A DNA stretch of 64,000 nucleotides. It comes from Salinispira sp. (GTDB taxonomy: Bacteria; Spirochaetota; Spirochaetia; DSM-27196; Salinispiraceae). Location of the stretch: positions 2,112,001-2,176,000 of the forward strand of contig OZ271918.1 in NCBI GenBank assembly GCA_965602015.1, read 5' to 3'. The translations under genes and the position numbers were made by a program. The notes below the pieces were generated by a model. That model saw only the letters and a list, made by a program, of their open reading frames with translations. It searched no databases and had not been told where the DNA came from. This document shows positions 18,340 through 28,865 of the stretch, in pieces. Each line of letters opens with the position of its first letter. Within the stretch, counting starts at the first letter, position 1.

Positions 18340-18486
18340 AATTTCTCCTGAATCGCTCCGCCGGCAAAAGCAGCATGCACCCGCAGCGGATCGTCTTGCG
18401 GCGAAGGGCGGGATACTATCCGCCGGTACCTGCGTCCAGGCCCTCCGCTGAGATAAGATACCCATTGGCCGGTGCTTTGAACAGCC

Positions 18487-19458
18487 TTATTTCCGGCGCC
18501 GGCTGTGGGGATGGGCGGAGCGGTACACATCCCGCAGCTGCCCGAGACTGGTGTGGGTGTAAACCTGGGTCGTGGAGAGATTCTTGTGGCCGAGCATTTC
18601 CTGAACATGGCGGATATCCGCGCCATTGTTCATGAGGTGGGTGGCGAAGCTGTGGCGAAGCATGTGGGGATGGATGCCTTCACCCAGAGGGTAGCGCAAT
18701 GCGATATCTTCAAGGCGTTTTTGAATGCTGCGCACCGAGAGGGTTCTCCGGTTGCGGTTTAAAAACAGGGCCTGCGGGGCAACCGAGGCGCCCGGCTTCG
18801 CCGCAGCGCCGGAGACCCAGTCGCTTCTCATGGGAAGGTATAGCTCAAGGGCTTCCCGGGCGGGCTGGGAAAGGAAGACCAGGCGCTCCCGGTTGCCCTT
18901 TCCGAGAACCTTCATACGGCCCCGTCCACGGTCTATATCGGCAAGCGTGATGCCCGCCAACTCGGAAACCCGGCAGCCGGTGGAATACAGCAGTTCCACC
19001 ATGAGCCAGTCCCGGCAGCTGGTAAAATCCACCGCATCCGCCCGCAGAGCGGCGAGAATCCGGTGCAGCTGCTCTTCGAACAGAAACCGGGGAAGATGGG
19101 AAGGGGTTTTTATGCCCTTCAAGCCGGCTGCCGGTCCGACCCCCGCGTGATCCACCCTTCGGCGGCGAAAGCGGTAAAACCCTTTAATGGCTGACAGGGC
19201 CCGGTTTATGCTCCGGCTGCTCAACCCCCTCCGGCCGAGGCCGGCGATGTATCTGCGCAGTGTGCGGACATCTAATTCCGCGAGGCTCGAGGGGCCATGC
19301 TCCCCGGAGTGCTCCCCGGATTGCTCATCGGTCCAGCGGGCAAGCTCCGTTAAATCCCGCCGGTACGCTTCCACGGTCCGGGGGGACATGTTCCTCACCA
19401 CAGCGAGGTATTCCAAATAATCTTCTATGTCCGAATGCCCGGGTTTTATATCTTCCAT
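18487..19458 (-). CDS. xerC: Tyrosine recombinase XerC
   Basis: YSTGCRVSEL, GKGNRER, HPHMLRHSFATH, LGH...TTQVYTH; lies upstream of hslV. Confidence 0.88.
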   Translation of the reverse strand: MEDIKPGHSDIEDYLEYLAVVRNMSPRTVEAYRRDLTELARWTDEQSGEHSGEHGPSSLAELDVRTLRRYIAGLGRRGLSSRSINRALSAIKGFYRFRRRRVDHAGVGPAAGLKGIKTPSHLPRFLFEEQLHRILAALRADAVDFTSCRDWLMVELLYSTGCRVSELAGITLADIDRGRGRMKVLGKGNRERLVFLSQPAREALELYLPMRSDWVSGAAAKPGASVAPQALFLNRNRRTLSVRSIQKRLEDIALRYPLGEGIHPHMLRHSFATHLMNNGADIRHVQEMLGHKNLSTTQVYTHTSLGQLRDVYRSAHPHSRRRK

Positions 19459-19460
19459 TA

Positions 19461-20393
19461 TTATACCCTTCGGCATTCCTCGCCGGGAAATAAAAGGTCG
19501 GGGGAAAGATACCCGATTACCTCGGCGGCGCTGCCCGCCACCGGCGCTCCGCAGTCCTTGAGCATTCGCCCGCCGTCATTTCTGCGGGAAGTAAGCAGCT
19601 GACTCAACACAATGACCTCCCTGCCCTGCTCAAGGGCGTAATCCGAGCTAATAAGCGCGCCGCTTTTTTGCGGGGCTTCCACCATTACCAATCCTGCGGT
19701 GAGCCCGGAAATGATCCGGTTGCGTTCGGGAAAGCGAAAAGCCATGGGCTGGGTCCCCGGTGGGTACTCGCTGACCAGGCACCCCCCGCTCATAATAATC
19801 TGCGCGGCGAGCCGGGAATTGGAAAGGGGATATACCATGTCGGGACCATGACCCAGCACCCCGACGGTGAGGCCGCCGCCCCTGAGGGCGCCCCTGTGGG
19901 CTGCGGCGTCAATACCCCTGGCAAGTCCGGAGACGATGACCAGAGATGAGGCGGTTAAATCTTCCGCCAGCCGGTAGGCCCACAGGTCGCCTGCTGCGCT
20001 GGGCCGGCGGGTTCCCACCATTGCTATGGCCGGGAGACCGAAAATTTTCAACGCGCTGCGGGGATCCGGGCCAGAGGGACTGCTTCGAACGAACAGAAGA
20101 TACGGCGGGTTGTAGAGCTGACGCAACAGCCAGGGATATAAGCTGTGCCAGATCGGCAGGATATGACAGCCCGGTGCGCCGGACCACTTTATGTCATTAT
20201 GCGCCTGCTCAAGGGCCCGCCGGGAATCGAATGTACGTCCGTTGCGGGAAGAACCCAGCCCCAGGGAAAGAAGCTTGCGCCGGTCCAGATGTTCGAAATT
20301 AGCCGGAGTCAGTGCCATGCCCTGGAGAATCAGCTTTTCCGCAGTAGAAAGATGACCAATACGGTGAATTGCGCAGTCAATTAGCTCAACCAT
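19461..20393 (-). CDS. dprA: DNA-processing protein DprA (Smf)
   Basis: IAMVGTR, SGLARGID, FPERNRIISG and EAPQKSGALI motifs. Confidence 0.96.
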   Translation of the reverse strand: MVELIDCAIHRIGHLSTAEKLILQGMALTPANFEHLDRRKLLSLGLGSSRNGRTFDSRRALEQAHNDIKWSGAPGCHILPIWHSLYPWLLRQLYNPPYLLFVRSSPSGPDPRSALKIFGLPAIAMVGTRRPSAAGDLWAYRLAEDLTASSLVIVSGLARGIDAAAHRGALRGGGLTVGVLGHGPDMVYPLSNSRLAAQIIMSGGCLVSEYPPGTQPMAFRFPERNRIISGLTAGLVMVEAPQKSGALISSDYALEQGREVIVLSQLLTSRRNDGGRMLKDCGAPVAGSAAEVIGYLSPDLLFPGEECRRV

Positions 20394-20398
20394 GTACC

Positions 20399-21193
20399 TT
20401 ATTGACTGTTTAAAAGCTCCTCGCGATTCGAAATGGCGGCATTTTTTTCATCGGGATTCCGGCTGCTGTTGGCGATGCGGTCGTATATATCAATAGCGTC
20501 TTCCAGACGGTCTTCGGTGACGGCTATCTGTGCAAGCACAAAGAGCATACGGCTGTTTTCATTGGGGAAAAGCTCGACTGCCCGCCTCAGCAGTTCCTTG
20601 GCATCTTCGATTCGATCGAGTTCGTGAAAATAAATAATCCCCAGAGCCAGATAGGGGTCGCGGTAGCCCGGGTTTATCTCGATTGCCCGCTGGTGATAGC
20701 GGGCTGCCCTCTCGAGGTACTCCCGCATTTCTTCGCTGCCCGGACGGGACAACCCGTATTGAGATGAGGCCACGCCGGCGGAGTACAAAACCACGAAGTT
20801 CGCCGGTTCGTACTGCAGCACCTGCTCATACTCCTCGAGGGCCAGGCCGAACATCTCCAGGCGGGAATACTCTTCGGCCAGCAGCTTGTGAAGACTGGCA
20901 GCCCGGTCCGCTGCGCTAATCTTCTCCTCGACGATGGCCTCGTAGCGCTGGAGATCCCTCCGCCACTCGGCAATTTTTTCCTCGCTCGGCCTCTCATCCT
21001 CATAGCGGGCCGGGGAGAGCCGTATGAGATTGTCAAGCAGGGACGATTCTTCGGGACTGCAGGAAACAAGGAGCGCACATAATAAAAGCATCAGCATGGA
21101 CCTGACCGCCCGGCTGACCCGCCCCAGACCGGACCATGTCCTTGCGCTTTGCTGCCGGCCATCTGGACTGTAGCAAAAACCATGCATAGCCAC
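20399..21193 (-). CDS. TPR-repeat protein, probable lipoprotein (true start probably near MLMLLLCALLVSC)
   Basis: LLVSC lipobox-like motif; repeated TPR helices (ALEEYEQVLQYEP, AIEINPGY, AVELFP). Confidence 0.8.
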   Translation of the reverse strand: MAMHGFCYSPDGRQQSARTWSGLGRVSRAVRSMLMLLLCALLVSCSPEESSLLDNLIRLSPARYEDERPSEEKIAEWRRDLQRYEAIVEEKISAADRAASLHKLLAEEYSRLEMFGLALEEYEQVLQYEPANFVVLYSAGVASSQYGLSRPGSEEMREYLERAARYHQRAIEINPGYRDPYLALGIIYFHELDRIEDAKELLRRAVELFPNENSRMLFVLAQIAVTEDRLEDAIDIYDRIANSSRNPDEKNAAISNREELLNSQ

Positions 21194-21198
21194 GGCGC

Positions 21199-21972
21199 CT
21201 AATAATCTCCTTGGGAGGGAGCTTCGAGGCCGAGAATTGCGCCGGTGGCCGAAGCGCCTATCCGGTCGGCTCCCGCGTCGATGAGCTCCTCGGTAAATTT
21301 CCGGTCGCGAATCCCGCCGCTGGCCTTGACTCCCATAATGTCACCGGCAACCAGTCTCATTATGCGAACGGCTTCTACGGATGCGCCGCCGGATGCGAAT
21401 CCCGTGGAGGTCTTGATAAACCAGGCCCCTGCCCATCCGCACAAAAATCCCGCGATGGCAATTTCCTCATCGCTCAATTCGGCGGTCTCGAGAATTACCT
21501 TCACCAGGCGTCCTTCCGCTGCTTTGACGACGGCCTTTACGTCTTCGAGGACGTAGGCATAGTCCCCGTCTTTTAGTCTGCCGACGGAAATCACCATGTC
21601 TATTTCATCGCAGCCCCGGGCTACCAGCCATGCAGTGTCCGCCGCCTTGGCTGAACTGGAATCGTAGCCCCAGGGAAATCCCACCACCGAGCAGCTCTTT
21701 ACGCCGCTGCCCTTGAGGGCCTCTATGGCACGGGGTATTCGAGCCGGCGGTACGCAGACGGAAAACGGCTTCCATGCCCTTGCTTCCCGGTAGAGCTGTT
21801 CGTATGCGTCCTTGCCCGAGGTCTGCTTCAGCTGGGTATGATCGAAATACAAATTCAGGTCCTGGGGAGAACTGATGCGCTGAGGCACCGGACAGGTAAA
21901 CGAATCCGGAAGGCTTATTCCCTGTTGGGAAAAATATCCGCGCAGATCTTTTTCTATTGCGGCAATATCCAT
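21199..21972 (-). CDS. deoC: Deoxyribose-phosphate aldolase
   Basis: DHTQLK, VGFPWG, DEIDMV, KVILET, FIKTSTGF, VKASGGIR and RIGAS motifs. Confidence 0.96.
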   Translation of the reverse strand: MDIAAIEKDLRGYFSQQGISLPDSFTCPVPQRISSPQDLNLYFDHTQLKQTSGKDAYEQLYREARAWKPFSVCVPPARIPRAIEALKGSGVKSCSVVGFPWGYDSSSAKAADTAWLVARGCDEIDMVISVGRLKDGDYAYVLEDVKAVVKAAEGRLVKVILETAELSDEEIAIAGFLCGWAGAWFIKTSTGFASGGASVEAVRIMRLVAGDIMGVKASGGIRDRKFTEELIDAGADRIGASATGAILGLEAPSQGDY

Positions 21973-22007
21973 AACTAATACTCCTGAAAGGCATTGTTTC
22001 TTATATC

Positions 22008-22036
22008 AGTATACACCGAGGAGGCCGGCCTTGCAC
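22008..22036 (-). promoter_or_regulatory. Putative sigma70 promoter for deoC
   Basis: GTGCAA-17 bp-TATACT. Confidence 0.45.
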
Positions 22037-22099
22037 CGGGAGATTCCACGGATGTCCAGGGCCTCGGCAGGTTCAGGGGACTCGGTGCCGGGATTCGGC

Positions 22100-22984
22100 T
22101 TATTCGGCGCCGGAGGGATGGTACTGACGGTGATAGCGCTGGAGCTCTTCACGGTCCACGTGGGTGTAGATTTGCGTGGTTGAAATGTCGGAGTGGCCCA
22201 ATAGGGCCTGCACAGACCGAAGGTCTGCCCCGCCTTCAAGCAGGTGGGTTGCGAAGGAGTGACGGAGGGTGTGAACCTTGGCCTTAACACCGGCCTTTTC
22301 GCTGATCTCCCTGAAGCGCTTCCACATTCCCTTGCGGGACAGATTGCCGCCGAAATGATTGAGGAACAGGAAGTTGCCGCTGCGTTTGGGATTGTACAAG
22401 GCGGGACGGGCCTCATGCAGGTAGCGCTCCATCCAATATTGGGCTTCTTCCCCTAACGGGACCATGCGCTCTTTGTCGCCTTTGCCGGTGATTCGCACCA
22501 TGGATTCTGAAACATGAACCCGCTCTACCGTAAGCGCCACGGCTTCGGAAATCCTCAAACCGCAGGAGTAAATGAGCTCAAAGAGACAGCGGTCCCGAAG
22601 CCCGAGGGGGCTGGCAGGATCGATCTGCTCGAGGATGAGCTCAACCTCTTCCACCGAGAGGACGCCGGGGAGCCTTTGGGGGATCCGGGGCATTTCGAGG
22701 GCGGCGGTGGGATTCTCTTCAGCCAGGCCTTCCTTTATCAGGAAGATAAAGAACTGCCGGAGGGAGCTGATAATTCGGGAAACCGTCCGCTCATCCACCC
22801 CTTCTTCCCTGCGCATAACAAGATAGTTCTGGATATCCGACTCGCGCACATCTTCGGCCTTCACTGAACGCTGCGCTAAAAACCGGGCGAAGTGAGCCGC
22901 CTCGCGGGCATAGGTCTCGACGGTTCTCCCGGCAAGCTGTAATTCGTATCTGCAGTAATCCGAAAAGAGCCCGGCAATATCCAT
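22100..22984 (-). CDS. xerD: Tyrosine recombinase XerD
   Basis: YSCGLRISE, GKGDKER, HTLRHSFATHLLEGGADLR, LGHSDISTTQIYTH. Confidence 0.9.
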   Translation of the reverse strand: MDIAGLFSDYCRYELQLAGRTVETYAREAAHFARFLAQRSVKAEDVRESDIQNYLVMRREEGVDERTVSRIISSLRQFFIFLIKEGLAEENPTAALEMPRIPQRLPGVLSVEEVELILEQIDPASPLGLRDRCLFELIYSCGLRISEAVALTVERVHVSESMVRITGKGDKERMVPLGEEAQYWMERYLHEARPALYNPKRSGNFLFLNHFGGNLSRKGMWKRFREISEKAGVKAKVHTLRHSFATHLLEGGADLRSVQALLGHSDISTTQIYTHVDREELQRYHRQYHPSGAE

Positions 22985-22991
22985 TGCCGGC

Positions 22992-24287
22992 TCAATCGCG
23001 GTCTTTTTGCCGCTGATGCCTGATGTACGCCGGGATATCCAGCTCATCATCCCGGTAGATTCCCCGGCCGCCGATAAAATCCGATCCTTCCCGTTCCGCC
23101 TTGTCGGCGCCGCGGCCGGTCATGCGGTTCCAGTCAGAGAGGCTGATATAACCCCCGTCGGTCTTCTCCTCCGCCGCTGCCGGAGTGTCCCCTTCGGCAG
23201 GGGTCTGGCTGGCGGAAACGTCGCTGCGCTTGATGGAAGGCATTGACGAAGAACGTTGATAAAAACCCGTGGCGATTACCGTGACCCGAAGTTCCTCGCC
23301 GAGGCGCTCGTCTACGCCGGTTCCGGCGATAACCAGGGCGTCGTCGTCGGCGTTTGCGGTTATGATGTCCATAACTTCCTGGTACTCGTTGAGGGCGAAG
23401 TTGCTTCCCCCGGACACGTTCACCAGGAGGCCCTTGGCTCCCTCGATGTTCGCATCCTCGAGCAGGGGATTGTTGATGGCATTGGTCGCCGCATCTACGG
23501 CGCGGTTTGCACCGGTTCCGATGCCGATGCCCATAATGGCATCGCCCTTCCCCTTCATGATGGTTCTGACGTCGGCGAAATCGATGTTGATGTCGCCCGC
23601 CTGGGTGATCAAGTCGGAAATGCCCTGAACGCCCTGGCGCAGCACGTCGTCCGCCACAAGGAAGGCTTGGCGTATTGGCGTATTTTTTTCGACTATGCTC
23701 AGCAGGTGCTGGTTGGGGATGGTAATAAGGGTATCGACCTGCTCCCGGAGCCGGTCGATTCCTCCCTGGGCAATTTTTTGCTTCCGGATTCCCTCGAAAG
23801 AGAAAGGCTTGGTGACCACCGCAACGGTAAGGATTCCCAGATCCCTGGCAATTCCCGCAATAACCGGCGCGGCTCCGGTTCCCGTGCCTCCACCCATACC
23901 TGCGGTAATAAAGACCATATCCGATCCGCTGAGGAGTTCCCGAATGTGCTCGGTGTCTTCAACTGCGGCATTCTCGCCGATCTCCGGATTTCCTCCGGCT
24001 CCCAGGCCACCGGTAAGCTTCTGACCAAGGGGTATTTTTTTACCCGCATAGCTGCCTTGCAGGGCCTGCTGGTCGGTATTCATGGCGATAAAATTAACGT
24101 CGGGAAGCCCGGCGTCTATCATCCTGTTGACCGCATTGCTGCCTCCGCCCCCGACGCCCACAACGGTAATGACCGTCGGGCTGGTGGCGTTGTGGGCGAA
24201 TCCCCGGGGATCCGACTTTTTGTCCGACGATTGGCCGGTGTCCGGAGTTCTGGCCCCGGTATCTTCTTCAATTACGTGTAACTTCAT
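22992..24287 (-). CDS. ftsZ: Cell division GTPase FtsZ
   Basis: GGGTGTG tubulin signature, NIDFAD, C-terminal LDIPAYIR peptide. Confidence 0.98.
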   Translation of the reverse strand: MKLHVIEEDTGARTPDTGQSSDKKSDPRGFAHNATSPTVITVVGVGGGGSNAVNRMIDAGLPDVNFIAMNTDQQALQGSYAGKKIPLGQKLTGGLGAGGNPEIGENAAVEDTEHIRELLSGSDMVFITAGMGGGTGTGAAPVIAGIARDLGILTVAVVTKPFSFEGIRKQKIAQGGIDRLREQVDTLITIPNQHLLSIVEKNTPIRQAFLVADDVLRQGVQGISDLITQAGDINIDFADVRTIMKGKGDAIMGIGIGTGANRAVDAATNAINNPLLEDANIEGAKGLLVNVSGGSNFALNEYQEVMDIITANADDDALVIAGTGVDERLGEELRVTVIATGFYQRSSSMPSIKRSDVSASQTPAEGDTPAAAEEKTDGGYISLSDWNRMTGRGADKAEREGSDFIGGRGIYRDDELDIPAYIRHQRQKDRD

Positions 24288-24349
24288 ATTCCCCTCCCGA
24301 ATATGACCCATCGCCGGCGCAATGCGCCCGATGTGAATTCCCAGTTCTC

Positions 24350-24378
24350 ATTCTATATCAGTTATCTCTAAAGTTCTA
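24350..24378 (-). promoter_or_regulatory. Possible internal promoter for ftsZ
   Basis: TAGAAC-17 bp-TAGAAT. Confidence 0.3.
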
Positions 24379-24385
24379 GAGATTA

Positions 24386-25624
24386 CTACTCAAAAAAATT
24401 CTTCAGCCAGTTTTTGAAGCCTCCGGGTTTTTTGATTTTGACTTCCCGGTGGAAGTCCCCGTTTAGCAAGGCCTGTTCGGCGGCCTGAAGCACCAGTCCG
24501 TATGCGGTGGCTCGATCCGGCCGGCACACTTCCTGGGTGAGGCCGTTTACCCCGAAGGGTTCGGCCATCCTGACGGCAGTGGGAAAAATGGACTGCGCCA
24601 GTTCAACGGTGCCCGGGAGCATTGCCCCGCCGCCGGAGAGCACAACGCCGCCCAGACTCTGCCAGTTGGTGAAGCCGGCCTCGCTCTCGACCCGCTTTTT
24701 AATCATTTCAAGGATTTCCGTCATCCGCGGCTGAATATAGCTGCACACCGTGTTCCGGTCCGTTGAAAGAGGCGGTCTGCCGCCGATTCCCGGAACGATT
24801 ACCGGCTCGGATCCTTCTTCCACCAGCGAGGCAAAACAGAATCCGTCCCGGATTTTGATTTTCTCAGCCTCTTCAAAGGGTATTTTGAGGATAATTGCGA
24901 TGTCGCTGGATACTTCCTTTCCGCCCAGGGGCAGAACCGTTGTGTAATGGGGAGCCCCGGAAAGAAACAGCAGGGCGTCGGTTGTCCCTCCGCCGATGTT
25001 GATAAAGAGGCTTCCGATGTCCTTTTCCTCGGGAGTCACTGACGCCCGGGCAGAAGCCAGGGACTCGTACATCAGTTCCTCGACCTTAAAGCCCGCCCGG
25101 TTTATACATTTTATCAGGTTCTGGGCTGCGGTAATTGAAGCGGTAATCAGGTGAACCTCGGCTTCCAGCCTCACGCCGATCATATCCCGGGGATCCTTTA
25201 CCCCGCGCTGCTCATCGACCAGGTATTCCTGGGGCAGCAGGTGGATTATCTCCCGGTCCATGGGCAGCACAACCGCCCTTGCGGCTTCCATAACCCGGTC
25301 GACATCGTTCTGGGTGATCTCCCGGCCTCGGCTGTTGACCGCAACGACCCCTCGGGAATTAATTCCCTCGATGTGGGGACCGGCGATGCTGGCGTACACC
25401 GATTCGACCTCCCGGCCCGCCATTTGTTCCGCCTTTTCGATGGCTTCGAGCACGGACTTTTGGGTGGCTTCGATGTTGATTACCACGCCCTTGCGCAGAC
25501 CGAGGGACGGGCTGACTCCTACGCCGAGGATTTCCAGCTGATCATTTTCGTTGAATTCACCGATTATGGCGCAGACCCTGGTGGTTCCGATATCGAGACC
25601 GACCAGAATATCACTGTTGGCCAT
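24386..25624 (-). CDS. ftsA: Cell division protein FtsA
   Basis: GLDIGTT, GVRLEAEVH, IGGGTT, C-terminal amphipathic WLKNFFE. Confidence 0.97.
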   Translation of the reverse strand: MANSDILVGLDIGTTRVCAIIGEFNENDQLEILGVGVSPSLGLRKGVVINIEATQKSVLEAIEKAEQMAGREVESVYASIAGPHIEGINSRGVVAVNSRGREITQNDVDRVMEAARAVVLPMDREIIHLLPQEYLVDEQRGVKDPRDMIGVRLEAEVHLITASITAAQNLIKCINRAGFKVEELMYESLASARASVTPEEKDIGSLFINIGGGTTDALLFLSGAPHYTTVLPLGGKEVSSDIAIILKIPFEEAEKIKIRDGFCFASLVEEGSEPVIVPGIGGRPPLSTDRNTVCSYIQPRMTEILEMIKKRVESEAGFTNWQSLGGVVLSGGGAMLPGTVELAQSIFPTAVRMAEPFGVNGLTQEVCRPDRATAYGLVLQAAEQALLNGDFHREVKIKKPGGFKNWLKNFFE

Positions 25625-26597
25625 CGCGTGCCCCCTCTCTGCTGTATACCACGTCGCCGGTCCTGAAATCAATCTCGCGGATACCGTCGAGTCCCCGGCG
25701 ATTCATCAGTTCCAGGACCTTCAGCATGTACAAACCCCGATCGCTGTCCAGTCCGGCGGAGGCCCGCAGCCTGACTGGCACATGAATGGGGATAAGAACC
25801 CATTCGTACACCCCGGGATAGGTCTCTTCAATGCAAAATTCGCTAAAGGCCCTCATTAACTGAGGGCTTGTGCTATGAAGCATTTGGATATCATCCATCA
25901 TCCGTGCATAGCTGTGATGTACCTTCGCCCCGGGACCGAATTCATCAAATTCCACGCCTCTGATAATCGGGAGATCCCATCTATCGATTTCCAGTCCGAT
26001 GCGGTAGACGACGCCTTCCCGGTCGACCAGGGCAGGCAGAATAACTCCCGCGCTTTCGACCATCAGTATGCCCATGGGCTCCCGGGCGCTGAGCTGAATT
26101 CTCAGGCCGTCTGGAAAGATACGGCGGACAGCGGCGCTGTGAATGTCCGGAAGGGCTTCGATGTTCGCGGCAACCCGGGCCTCATCGATCTGATAAAACT
26201 GTTTACCGGTGTATATTCCGCCCGCCCGTTTAAGCTCCTCGAGACCGATATCGACATTTCCCTCGACCTGAATGTTCCGCAGCGCCATGCGGGGCGAGAT
26301 AACCAGGTGAAACAGCAGCTCGCCGATGAGCACCGCAATGAGTATGACGATCACCGCGGTGAGAATACGGCGAAAGGTCCGTTCGCGGGTCTCCCGCCGA
26401 ACAGAAGCCTCCCCGCGGCCTTGTGCCTTTGATCTTTTGCCTGAATCCTTGGTGCTATTCTTCCGGGAGCCTCCGGGGGTCTCAATGCCGACGGGACCGC
26501 TGGCGCTTCTGCCATTCGGGTTTTCCCCCGGCCAGTCTGCTCCGGGCGGGGGTGCCTGGCGGCTCAGGTATCGAGGGTAGTTCAGGGAATCAGCCAT
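25611..26597 (-). CDS. ftsQ: Cell division protein FtsQ/DivIB
   Basis: Single TM, POTRA domain (RRIFPDGLRI), IDFR C-terminus; lies between ftsW and ftsA. Confidence 0.88.
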   Translation of the reverse strand: MADSLNYPRYLSRQAPPPGADWPGENPNGRSASGPVGIETPGGSRKNSTKDSGKRSKAQGRGEASVRRETRERTFRRILTAVIVILIAVLIGELLFHLVISPRMALRNIQVEGNVDIGLEELKRAGGIYTGKQFYQIDEARVAANIEALPDIHSAAVRRIFPDGLRIQLSAREPMGILMVESAGVILPALVDREGVVYRIGLEIDRWDLPIIRGVEFDEFGPGAKVHHSYARMMDDIQMLHSTSPQLMRAFSEFCIEETYPGVYEWVLIPIHVPVRLRASAGLDSDRGLYMLKVLELMNRRGLDGIREIDFRTGDVVYSREGARDGQQ

Positions 26598-27777
26598 AGC
26601 TGTGTTCCTCCACAGATCGGGCCGCAGGACTGTCGCTTTCAACGCCGACTTCCCGGTGATCTGCGCTCATTGAGAGATTCAACAGAATTCCCGATAACAC
26701 CATGGTCACCAGTAAATAGGAACCTCCGGAGGCGAAAAAGGGCATGGGGATCCCCGTCGCCGGTACGAGCCCGCTGACCACTGCCATATTTATCGCCGCC
26801 TGCACCACCAGGGCTGAAGTAATCCCGTAGGCCAACAGGCCTCGGAAGGCCGATCCCTGCCGGGCCGCGATGCGGTATCCCCGCCAGGCCAGCACGACGA
26901 ACAGGGCGATGACTCCCAAAACCCCGAACAGGCCCAGTTCCTCCCCGAGAACAGCAAATACAAAATCCGACTGGGCCTCGGGAAGCCCGCCGAGCTTTCT
27001 CACACCCTGCCCGATGCCCATGCCCCAGACTCCTCCGTTTCGCAGGGCGGACAGGGAGGCAAGGACCTGGAATCCCGCTCCGCTGGGGTCCCGTTCGGGT
27101 TCGAGGAAGGAAATCAATCTAATCACCCGATGCTCCCGGCTGAGAAGCAGGATGATACCCAACGGAATAACCACCAGTCCCAGGGCGATAAAGTGCCGCA
27201 TTTTCACACCAGCCACGTAAAACATGGTCAGGCTGATAAATGCCAGAAACATCGAGGAGGAAAAATCATTCTGAAGATAGATAAGGGCGACAAAGAGGAT
27301 AACAATAATAAACGGCGGCAAAAGGCTGTTTACCACATCGTCCAGGCGATCCTGCTTTTTACCGAGGATGTAGGCCAAATAGACGATGAGGGTGAGCTTC
27401 ACCAGTTCGGCGGGCTGAAAGGTGTAGTTTGCAACCGATATCCAGCGGCGGGCCCCAAGATACTCGACACCGATGCCCGGAATGAAGGTCATGACCATGA
27501 GAATTATAGACAGGAATATCATGAGGGGAATCAGTTTACCCAGGGCACGAACGGGAAAAAGCAGGGCCAGAACCGCCGCGAAGAAGCCCAGTCCGGCGTA
27601 TATGGCCTGGCTGCGAATAAAATGGAAGGGGTCGTTGAAAAGGAAATCAGCCCGGTAATACGATGCGGAAAAGAGCATGGCCAGACCGAGCCCGAGAAGC
27701 AGCAGCATGCTTGCCAGCAGTACGAGGTCGATCTGTTGTTTTTCCCGGGGCAGTTTCTCCGCCCGAATGGATCCCAT
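26590..27777 (-). CDS. ftsW: Peptidoglycan polymerase FtsW
   Basis: GARRW, QPAELVK, LPEAQSDF and PATGIPMPF motifs; polytopic. Confidence 0.96.
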   Translation of the reverse strand: MGSIRAEKLPREKQQIDLVLLASMLLLLGLGLAMLFSASYYRADFLFNDPFHFIRSQAIYAGLGFFAAVLALLFPVRALGKLIPLMIFLSIILMVMTFIPGIGVEYLGARRWISVANYTFQPAELVKLTLIVYLAYILGKKQDRLDDVVNSLLPPFIIVILFVALIYLQNDFSSSMFLAFISLTMFYVAGVKMRHFIALGLVVIPLGIILLLSREHRVIRLISFLEPERDPSGAGFQVLASLSALRNGGVWGMGIGQGVRKLGGLPEAQSDFVFAVLGEELGLFGVLGVIALFVVLAWRGYRIAARQGSAFRGLLAYGITSALVVQAAINMAVVSGLVPATGIPMPFFASGGSYLLVTMVLSGILLNLSMSADHREVGVESDSPAARSVEEHSYG

Positions 27778-27785
27778 TTCCCTTC

Positions 27786-28865
27786 CTATTGAATCTTCAG
27801 GGTCGACAGCCCCAAAATTGCGAACAAGCCGCCGAGTATCCAGAACCGCTGAACAACCTTTGACTCGGACCAGCCTTTTAATTCGAAATGATGATGAATC
27901 GGCGCCATGAGAAAAACCCGCTTCCCGCGAAGCTTATAGCTGGCGACCTGGATGATTACCGACATGGTTTCGATGACAAAGACTCCGCCGACAATGATAA
28001 GAAGAAGTTCCTTTTTGATCATCAACGACATTGCCCCGATGGTGCCGCCGAGCATGAGGGAACCGGTATCGCCCATGAACACTTCTGCGGGATTGCTGTT
28101 GTACCAGAGAAAGCCAACGCTGGCTCCCACCATGGCAAAGGCCAGTATGGTGATTTCCCCTGCGCCCGGCAGAAAGGGTATGGCCAGGTATTGGGAAAAG
28201 TCGATGCGGCCGGTGAGATATGCGATTCCCCCGAAGGTCAGACCGACCATGATGCTCAACCCTGTGGCCAGACCGTCCAGTCCGTCGCTCAGGTTCACCG
28301 CATTGGTGAAGCCCACGAGCCAAAACACCCCGAAGGGGATAAACAGCCACCCCAGGTCGAGCACCGGGTTTTTGATCATCGGTATATAGAGCAGGGTGGT
28401 GAACTCGTTGCGGTTTACGTATAAGAGTACCATTATCGCGGTGCTGACAATGAGCTGCCCAGCCATTTTGACGTGGGAGGGCAGTCCGCTCTTGTTGCCC
28501 AGATACACTTTTATGTAGTCATCAATAAATCCCACGGCGCCGAAACCGAGAATCGACAGCAGGCTTATCCAGGTGTACAAATTCCTGGGATCCATCCAGA
28601 GAAAGACGGAAAACGCCGTGGAAAAAATAATCATCACGCCGCCCATGGTCGGGGTTCCCGCCTTTAAGGCATGGGAACTGGGACCGTCGCTGCGGATGCC
28701 CTCTCCGATATGCCGGTGCTTGAGAATATCAATTATCTGATGGCCGAAGAGAAAGGTTATGAGCAGGCTGGTCACCGCCGCATATGCCGCCCGGAACGAT
28801 ATGTACTGGAAAATGTTGAACGGCGAGAAAATGTCGACGAGGGGGTACAAAAATTCTTTAAACAC
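27786..28865 (-). CDS. mraY: Phospho-MurNAc-pentapeptide transferase MraY
   Basis: KAGTPTMGG, NAVNLSDGLDGL, FMGDTGS, APIHHHFE. GTG at 28865 follows CAGGAG. Confidence 0.97.
   Translation of the reverse strand: MFKEFLYPLVDIFSPFNIFQYISFRAAYAAVTSLLITFLFGHQIIDILKHRHIGEGIRSDGPSSHALKAGTPTMGGVMIIFSTAFSVFLWMDPRNLYTWISLLSILGFGAVGFIDDYIKVYLGNKSGLPSHVKMAGQLIVSTAIMVLLYVNRNEFTTLLYIPMIKNPVLDLGWLFIPFGVFWLVGFTNAVNLSDGLDGLATGLSIMVGLTFGGIAYLTGRIDFSQYLAIPFLPGAGEITILAFAMVGASVGFLWYNSNPAEVFMGDTGSLMLGGTIGAMSLMIKKELLLIIVGGVFVIETMSVIIQVASYKLRGKRVFLMAPIHHHFELKGWSESKVVQRFWILGGLFAILGLSTLKIQ

Noticed and set aside
19298..19326. 12-bp tandem duplication in xerC (SGEH-SGEH)
   Set aside because: In-frame, two copies, in a variable loop; no sign of phase variation.
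19459..19465. TATAAT just before xerC
   Set aside because: Only 1 nt from the ATG and contains the dprA stop codon; too close to act as the -10 for this gene.
18487..22984. Two tyrosine recombinases as evidence of an integrated element
   Set aside because: Both look like housekeeping XerC/XerD in conserved context; no att repeats, phage genes or cargo.
23256..24281. 341-aa plus-strand ORF
   Set aside because: Antisense shadow of ftsZ.
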